Assembly: GCA_951406725.2 (NCBI GenBank) | Contig: OX597819.1 | Location: 67,890,001 to 67,954,000 of the forward strand | Source: Octopus vulgaris | Lineage: Eukaryota | Direction: 5' to 3' | DNA: 64,000 nucleotides | Shown here: positions 55,428 to 64,000 of the stretch, one piece after another | Numbering within the stretch: the first letter of the stretch is position 1 | Layout of the letters: each line of letters opens with the position of its first letter | Notes under the pieces: model-generated | The model's database searches: none | Seen by the model: only the letters and a program-made list of their open reading frames with translations | What the model was told of the DNA's origin: nothing | Translations under genes and position numbers: made by a program

Positions 55428-56372
55428 ACAGAAAAGTATAATAGAAAAGAAAGACGGTGGAAGACTATATATATATATATATATCGAGAGAGAGAGATGG
55501 ACAGATAGGCAGAGATTGAGAGAAATAGATTATATTGTTCGGATTAAATAGAGCTGAAGGGAGAGAAATCTAAAGATTGGAAGATAAGGATCCTGATGTG
55601 ATCAGCGTCCCGTTAGAAACGGGGAAATGAAGAAAAAGCAAGCATGAATCATACTTGCTTCAATAGTTATGGGAGTATATGTGTGGCTTGAGTGTTTAAT
55701 ATAAACGTATTAAATGGATTATTCTGACAGTTAATGCTCGTAGGAAAAAAAGTAATTCATCGAAATGTAAAATTTTAACCAGGCAATGTTTACAAGAAAC
55801 TGTCAATAATATATCTAAAGGATAAATATGATATTTTTGAAAGTTATAGATATAATGTAAAGATAGCAATTTTTCAGAAATGATTCGATATTGCTGATGC
55901 AAATATTTAATTTAAATAAAGGTGAATGATCGCTAGAACAGATGAAAATGTACCAAGGATTAATATTGCCATTAAAAGTGATGTTGCATTTAGTTTATTT
56001 CTTACAATGTGACATAATACAACTTAAAAAATATAAATCAGGGAAGATAATATTTTGTATTATGCAAAATGTATTGTCTCACTAGGAACGTTAATTAAAA
56101 TAGCTGATTAAATATTTAAATGAAGATCCAGTAAAATGTAAATAAATCACTGATATAAGGAGTTCTCGAATTTATATAAACGAAATGTAAAAATAAAAAA
56201 ATTGCTCTAAAATTAACATCTCAAAATAATTTTTCGATTAATAAATAAAAGTGTTAATGTTGGCATCGTGACTAATATTCCAATAGGCGTCAAATAAATC
56301 ATCGGTAAAAATAACAATATTTGCATAATATATTAGTTATGAAGAATAACAAAATATATTTCATGCACACAT

Positions 56373-56780
56373 AGGCGCAGGAGTTGCTGTATGGTAAGTA
56401 GTTTGCTTACCAACCACAGGGTTCCGCCTTCAGTCCCACTGTGTGGCAACTTGGGCAAGGGTTTTCTACTATAGCCTCGGGCCGACCAAAGCCTTGTGAG
56501 TAGAAATGGTAGACGGAAACTGAAAGAAGCCCGTCGTATATATTTATATGTATATGTATGTGTGTGTATATGTGTGTGTGTCTGTGTTTGTCCCCCCAAC
56601 ATCACTTGACAACCGATGCCGATGTGTTTACGTCCCCGTAACTTACCGTTCAGTAAAAGAGACCGATAGAATAAGTACTAGGCTTAGAAAGAATAAGTCC
56701 TGGGATCTATTTGGTCGACTTAAGGCGGTGCTCCAGCATGGCCGCAGTCAAATGACTGAAACAAGTAAAAGAGTAAAAGA
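56373..56780 (+). mobile_element. SINE family B (tRNA head, CORE-like cttgggcaag, internal microsatellite, LINE-like tail)
   Basis: Best-preserved of at least five copies in the window. Confidence 0.88.
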
Positions 56781-57582
56781 ATATATACTAGTTTACTTCC
56801 TATCTACATTCTCTTGTGTTCAGTTCCAAAAGAGTGGCACCTCGGGCCAAATGTCGGCAGGAGATTTGGTTGACGGAAACGGAAGGAGGGGTTTCCGTTT
56901 GCGTTTGTATTTGTCCCCACCACAGCTTGACAACAAGTGTAGCTTTTTATGTAACGTGGCAGTTCGGCATGAAGAAACCAATAGAACAAGTACCAAGCAT
57001 AAAAATATACTGGGATTTATTTGTTCAACTGAATCCTTGAATGTGGTGCCCCATCACGTTCGCAGCTAAAGTTTGAAACAAGTAAAATACAGAAGAAATC
57101 CACACACACACACATATATAGGAAGGTCATTTGGAAGGCCACACTTGCCCTTCAACGACAAACTAATGGCAATCTTAAGCTATGCAACATCACCTTTTCT
57201 TCCTGAGAAAACAAAGCATTACAACGCAGGATCTGGCACCAATCTTGGTTCGCCTCAGTTCAAACATTTGAGCAAAGTCCACTCCAGCATGGGAACCACC
57301 TTTATACAAGCATGAAGGCACGCAGCCAAAACGTAGTTTCTCTAAATGGAAACCTTACATGTCACTGTGGCACGATGCAAAGATAACCTTGTCGTTCACT
57401 CAAGAAAACACATAGTACACGATCTGTAAGCACTCAAGCAAATTGAGTCCTCAACTTGCTCCATTTGCTAAAATATTTGCAAAGCACCAAGTGGACCTCA
57501 AGTGACACCTTCGTGTCCATAGAATATGATTAAAGTTTTTTTTTACCAAACCCTCATCTGTCGTTTACGACAGTAGAATCCA

Positions 57583-57609
<27 letters not shown>

Positions 57610-57619
<10 letters not shown>

Positions 57620-57771
57620 TTTTATGCGTGATGAGATAAAAAAAAAACCAAGGCTGTATAAATATTAGAGCATTTATAGATAAAAGGTCATTTATATTAT
57701 CTCTAATATAAATGATCTAATATCTATACAGCCTTGGTTTTTTATCTCATTACGCATAAAATTCATATATA
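57610..57771. repeat. Fold-back palindrome at (TA)n
   Basis: tatgaattttatgcgt.atgagataaaaaa.accaaggctgtata pairs with tatacagccttggttttttatctcat.acgcataaaattcata. Confidence 0.88.
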
Positions 57772-58004
57772 CACACGCTGACATAGAACCAAATTTGAAC
57801 AATATATTCGCAATATTACCGAATCTGGAACTTAACTACGGTCTGTCTATAGCACTTATTCAGCATTACCTGACACCTTTGAGTCTCAACGACATCATTA
57901 TCTCTTATAAATATATATATATATATATCATCTAATATAGGATAATTTTTTTAAAAACTTTTATCAGTGGCCAGCATATCAAAAAATACCTTTTTAAGGT
58001 GAAA

Positions 58005-58204
58005 ACAACTTATAAATAAGGGCAACAGAAAAAAATTCCTATGCCAAATATGCCGAGAAATAGATGTTAAATCGTCAATAACCACATATTCATCACTAAA
58101 AGCACGCGTCTCGAAGTGATGAATTATATGTGGTTATTGACGATTTAAAGTCTATTTTTCGGCATAATTGGCATAGGAAAATTTTGCCCTTATTTATAAG
58201 TTGT
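58005..58204. repeat. Fold-back palindrome with arms of about 90 bp
   Basis: acaacttataaataagggcaa / ttgcccttatttataagttgt and ttaaatcgtcaataaccacata / tatgtggttattgacgatttaa. Confidence 0.88.
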
Positions 58205-58441
58205 ATATATATTTATATATATATAGAAAATAATAAAAAGGAATTTTGTAAAATCTTCGTTCAGCTCCATTTCTTCCCTCACTAAATATATAAATCTTCA
58301 ATTATCCGCACTAAGGCACGGTTGCGATACCCCATGGTCGTAACCTCAACCGTGATTTTTCTGTTGTGATTTTTGCTACCCAGGTATCGGTTATGATTTG
58401 AATAATCCGTAACAAGATAATTGATTTATCCATTTCAATAA

Positions 58442-58487
<46 letters not shown>

Positions 58488-60028
58488 TTAAAAATTATTA
58501 AATCAATAATTTATAGCAGTGGTTAGCACACAAACACACACACACATGTATAGGTAATGAATGAAGGAAACGGAAAGTGGCTTTAGCATGTGTCTTTATG
58601 CAACACAGCGATCGTTTCGACCAAATTTGCATCTGCTCCTTGCGTTGAGTGGAGTGGATATTGTACACTTAGTTGTCGGATATCATACAGCTTGTTCACT
58701 TACATGCACCCGACGAGATACATTCTACACTGGTGGATGCAAGATAACTAACATTGCAATACTACCCCCACACCACACACACGTAATGGATAGATACAAG
58801 ATGGGACGGAAAGATCGCCGTGTTTAATAATGATCCTTGCCAACTTCATTTTTCGTTCCCTCTTTAATTATAAATTCAATGAACACTGCAGAATTCCTAA
58901 CGTAGATCCAGTGACTTATATTAAACGTGGAAAACATCAGGTAACATAAGTGGCTAAAGTGCTTTAATGGGCTTACTACTAACCATATACACAAGATCCA
59001 AATGAATCCCTTCTATTTTTTCTCCCCCTTGACTAAAATTATTTCCCCACCCTGTTCCCTCGAAATTATCTTTTCTTCAAATACCAATCTTCTTACCAAA
59101 TTCTGTGATTCAGCCAAAAGAGCTCCATTGTTTAGTATCAGTCAAATGACGAGAAACTGGTTAATTTTTCGTTTGTATAAGAAAGAATATTGAAGAACGA
59201 AATAGTAATTTATTGTTTCAAGACATTGAGTTTGAATTACTTTTAATTTTTATGATTGTAGATAACTCGGGCTGTATCCTCCGAGCTCCAGTCAGGCGTA
59301 TGTGAACAATATCGAGAGAATGTCCGCAACGAATGATATTTTTCGATACAGGACACCTCAACGACGACCACCAGACGCTGACTGAAAATTAATGAACTGC
59401 GGCTAGGCTCAATAAAAGGAGTCCGAGTTATTGGCTGCAATTACATACTTGAAGTCAGTGTTGGTAGAAATTAAATCAGCTTGCAAATACACGACCACTT
59501 AATTAAATTTAGACTCAGGCTAAGCTCGAGTGCCGGAGTCGCCACTGATGACTATGTGTGTGTGTGTGTGTGTGAGTGGTACAAAATTGTACAAAATCAA
59601 AAATAATCAGAAGAGTAGCAGGTGATTGAACAGCGTATAGACAAATAGGGTGCATCCAGGAAAATTAGTAGGGTCTTTGACGTTTGAAGCCAATACTTTC
59701 CTGCAGAAAGGAATGAGGAATGAAGGGAGAAAGGGGGAAAGGGGAGAGAGAGAGAAATTAAACCGTGTTTGGATTAACGGTTGCACAGTGGATACGCGTT
59801 AAAAATGGGAACAAATTAGAAAAATAATCTTTTTTTTTTCTTCTCTTGGCACAAGGCCCGAAAAATGAGAAAAATAATAAACATATCTTCTTTAGAGTAT
59901 AATTTGTGACTCTCCTTGAACGGCTGAATAAATGTATAGAAATGTGTGTGTGTTTGTGCGTGTGTGTCTGTGTGTTTGTGTGTGTGTATTTGTGTGTGCT
60001 TGCTACTTTGTGTGTGTTTGTGTATTTG

Positions 60029-60136
60029 GTTTCAACACATGGAAGTTTATTGTTAATAGATATTAAAGCATTCGGTTTATAAAACTATACAAATGCGCTG
60101 GGAAGGTGTGTGTGTGTGTATATATGTGTGTGTGTT

Positions 60137-60198
<62 letters not shown>

Positions 60199-60265
60199 TG
60201 TGTGTATTCGGTTTCCACAAAAGAAAGTTTATTGTTAATAAATACTACGCATTCAGTTGATAAAA
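60029..60265. repeat. Diverged tandem duplication of a 57-bp unit spaced by (GT)n
   Basis: ggtttc.aca...gaagtttattgttaata.ata.ta.gcattc.gtt.ataaaac at about 60029 and 60210. Confidence 0.7.
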
Positions 60266-61084
60266 CGAATCGTATATTTCAATTTATATTTTATAAAACT
60301 GGTTGTACAGACTTAAAAATCTGAAGTGCACTGTACAGGAAGTGCCGACGGTAAAGAAATAAGATTTGAAGATGTTCAAAGTATAAGTAATTTTAAAAAT
60401 ATATATATATTGAATATAATTCAAAATACTAGTGTTGGATTTTATCTCAAAATATCTATAAAATTTCTAACAGAAATTTAATTTAGTAACATTTATGTAT
60501 AGTATTAAATTGATGCAGTGCATTAGTTATCATGAATGTAAGAAAAAAGCATTATGAATGCATATAAACTTTTGTTGAAGTTCCATGAAAGTTTTGAAAA
60601 TAATCATAGCACTAATGTCATTTGTGAAATATAAATATATCTCACGATGTATTAAGAAACACCGAATACTGAAATATTGTATAAGAGATGGAGACTGTTG
60701 TGTGATATATATTCATAGAAAAAAAATTGGGTCGATATAAAATACATTACAATACGAATGAAAAATTGATATTTACGTAAATATATGTGTATGGATAAAC
60801 TAATATATATATACGTATGTAGGTGTGTAACGTGTACAAGCCCATAAATAAATATGAATATATATAAATAAAGGAATGCCAAAAATGGGACAGGAACGCA
60901 AAACATCCAGTGAGACGATAAAAAACAAGGACGGGTCCTTCGGAGTTTCTTTCTTCAGTCGAGTTCCAGAATATCTTTGCAATTATGGCTATGTATATAT
61001 ATATATATGTGTGTGTGTGAGTGTGTGTGTGTGTGTGTGTGTTTGTGTGTGTTTGTGTATGTGTGTTTATGTGCGTATGTATGC

Positions 61085-61123
<39 letters not shown>

Positions 61124-61124
<1 letters not shown>

Positions 61125-61125
61125 G

Positions 61126-61164
<39 letters not shown>

Positions 61165-61193
61165 ATAGATAGAAAAATAGATAGATAGATAGG

Positions 61194-61244
<51 letters not shown>

Positions 61245-61245
61245 G

Positions 61246-61323
<78 letters not shown>
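61124..61323. repeat. (GATA)n microsatellite
   Basis: Seen directly. Confidence 0.98.
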
Positions 61324-61896
61324 CATGGATACATAGATACACATACGCACACATTCTATTTTAACTGTCGTATGAAAGAGTTCTAAATACCATAATGGAG
61401 GTTTATAGTATACTTTATTTCGGTCGACTCACTCCTCTGCTGCTGTGGGTTTCATGTACAATTACAAAGGACCTTCAAACACATGCGTATAAATAAGTGG
61501 TAGTGTATTTCATTCATATCCTTATATCTAATAAGAAAATATATATTTGCGCCACTGGGCCGACAATATGTGATGGGGGCTCCATGAGTAATATTTACTG
61601 CATTTTTCAAATCTAAAAAAATGTATTTTTTGAAGATGTTCACTATTTTGCAAAACATTTATCGGCTCAGCAAATGATCTTTTCAAAATATATTTAGGAA
61701 ACTATTTCAGAAGATTATCTCACTTCTATTTGGGCATACAAGGGATACATTTAGGTTCGGTAAAATGAATAAGACACGCAAAAACAATCTGCGTCTTCAA
61801 TTATCCCCAATTACATCATATTCGAGAAAAGGCTCATATATATCACTCTCCGAACGACTGCCGGTTCTACGCAAAATTTTGAAACCATTAATATTA

Positions 61897-62090
61897 TTGG
61901 CGAGTTAGCAGAATCGTTAGCACGCCGGGCATTTCGTTCCTCTTCATGTTCTGAGTTCAAACTTCGCCAATGTCGATTTGCCTTTCATTCTTGCGGAGGT
62001 TGATAAATTGAGTACCAGTAAAACACTGGGGTCAATGTAATCGACTTATCCTCACCCCCAATATTTCAAGCCTTGTGTTTATACTAGAAA
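61897..62090 (+). mobile_element. SINE family A
   Basis: tggcgagttagcagaatcgttagcacgccggg..ttctgagttcaaa..agtaccag. Confidence 0.75.
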
Positions 62091-62099
62091 TTATTATTT

Positions 62100-64000
62100 T
62101 AACATAAACTCTCAACTTATTTTGCTGTGTATGATGGGAAGTGCCAGCTGTTCCCAACCAGCCAACTAAGGGGATACTTATTTACTGATCATTCTTTAAG
62201 AACCCTGCGGAGAACTCGTGCAGTTCCATGCAATGACGATTTTTGTACGTGTTCTATATTTACATTGGTACCAATATTTCTGAGTCACGTAAGTAGTTGA
62301 GCGCTGATACTTTCAAGCGCGCCAATCACTATGGGTATCACGTCCACTCACTTTATTGCCTACATCCTGAGTAATTCCCACTTGAACTAAATATACTTTC
62401 TCTTCCTTTTTCTCTTCGATCCTGCTGTCATGAGGACATACTGTGTCGACTTTCAGCCGTGCTTCTCTTTCCTGTTCACCACAACAATGTCAGTTTTTAT
62501 TTTCCGATGTCTTATCTGATTATTGCATCTTACAGGGTTTTGCAATCTTCATTCTCATTAACTCCCTCTGGGATTTGGTCATACAACCACATTGCTCTTT
62601 GTAGGCCATAAATTTCCACAGAGCTCCCAATTGATATTATTTGCTACATTGTCATGTCATCTTTTGTATTCGCAAATTTCGGTCACATAGTGTTTCACCC
62701 CTCTCACAGCACATTCTGCATGTGTCGTTCTAAGTCATGTTACCAATTCTACACTTCACATAGTTTATCATCAATGCTCATTCTTCTGCCGCACATATAA
62801 TTGCTTCTGTTTCTATATCCATGTCATTTCTCCGTATCCATAACCATCGGCCTTCGTATCTGTCTTGGAGCTCATATCTCATGAAAATTGACCGAACATT
62901 TTTTTTCTTTCAATACTTCTTTTTTATGTACTTTTCTTCTTTATATTATTCTTCTTAACACAGTTATCAATTTTAATGAAGCCAGATTACTTCACAAGTA
63001 TCGGCAACAGTGCCATGGCATGTTTTACATACCACACTAAGCTATTTTCCTCTGCTTCAACACAACCCTGACAACTGATCGAACAACTACCATGCTTTCT
63101 TCTGGATAAGTACAACCTGTCAGTGTCACTCTTGAGATCGAATGTTCTGTGCACTTTCAATCATTTCCGTTCTTTCGTTTCCATACTCATCAAGTCTTTT
63201 GCCAGTTTATGATCCTAGTTCCATACCGAAGTGACGCTAACGCCCATATATTTAATGCTTGGATTATATTCCATCCAGTAAATTTTCTGTGCAACACCAA
63301 TCTTATTCCGCGGAAATATTCTTTCCTCAGTTTTTCTTTCTCTGTGATTTCATTGAACTCTAGTATGCCAAGGTACTTATAGCCTTCCTCTTCAATTTAT
63401 TCCATTACTTCTCCATTTCGTAAATTTATCCTTGCCAGAGTCTGTACCTTGTGTCTTTCCAGGTTCATTACAACACATTTGTTGTGTCCGAATTTCATCT
63501 TAACATCAGTACTAAAACGGTAGGCCATGTTCACCAAGGAACTTGTACCTCATCCTTGCCTTATAGCTTCATATAAACCATGAATACTTGATGGTTGATT
63601 CTTTGCCTTTTTTTCATTTAACTGATATCTCAGGTTCAGTTTCCTCAGCGCCAAGGATAATACAAAGTAGAAAAAGCAACGGAGATAGTATGTCTCCTTG
63701 GAAAATCCTTCTCCTGATACACATGTGACCAAAGCTTTTTCTGTGGGTGGTCATCTTAGATTTCTAACCAAACATTCTTCCCTTCAGAAAATAGTATCTA
63801 AATTCTCGATGGTCCACGAATGTGGAACGATATCGTAAGTTCTGCGGGAATCTCAACTTTGTCCCGCTTTGCTTCTTTATCAATAATTGCTCTTTGGTAT
63901 CTCTACGTCTCCATTGGTAAAATGTGGTTATTTATTAAAAAATGTGTACATTTCTTCTGCAAACTTTGCTGACAGTAACTTCCACATTAATGGAAAGCAT
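62100..64000 (-). mobile_element. Old Dong/R4-like non-LTR retrotransposon (runs off the window end)
   Basis: Minus strand reads RTYDIVPHSW, YKYLGILE, RLYLSR, VDVIPIVIGALES and LHGTARVLRRVL; heavily mutated. Confidence 0.78.

Noticed and set aside
59262-59431. Short inverted repeat ataactcgg / ccgagttat as a MITE
   Set aside because: Only about 12 bp, with no clear TSD and no second copy in the window.

Overview
This is AT-rich eukaryotic DNA, saturated with microsatellites ((TA)n, (GATA)n, (CATA)n, (TAA)n, (TAG)n, (GT)n), and I could find no intact host gene. The SINE families and microsatellite load resemble an Octopus-like cephalopod intron or intergenic region (inference). Many ORFs in the track are translations of simple repeats; the protein-like ones are transposon-derived. 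Retroelements: a nearly intact Dong/R4-type non-LTR retrotransposon (RT + CCHC + restriction-like endonuclease) inside a (TAA)n array, several older RLE-type relics, a CR1-group LINE, an RTE/BovB-like relic, Penelope-like (PLE) remnants and four tRNA-derived SINE families (three copies with clear TSDs). DNA transposons: a Helitron 3' half (PIF1 helicase, hairpin, CTAG end), several Tc1/mariner relics and MITEs, and a hAT MITE. The most notable signal is about ten type-I hammerhead ribozyme motifs in unrelated short islands bounded by (TA)n or (TAA)n tracts. One sits in a retrozyme-like 1.45-mer of a 456-bp unit. Also notable are recurrent long fold-back palindromes at TA tracts, an identically duplicated and highly structured 161-bp unit, and a LINE/SINE pair sharing a 3' stem-loop with compensatory base changes. 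All calls were made by eye, and boundaries of degraded elements are approximate.
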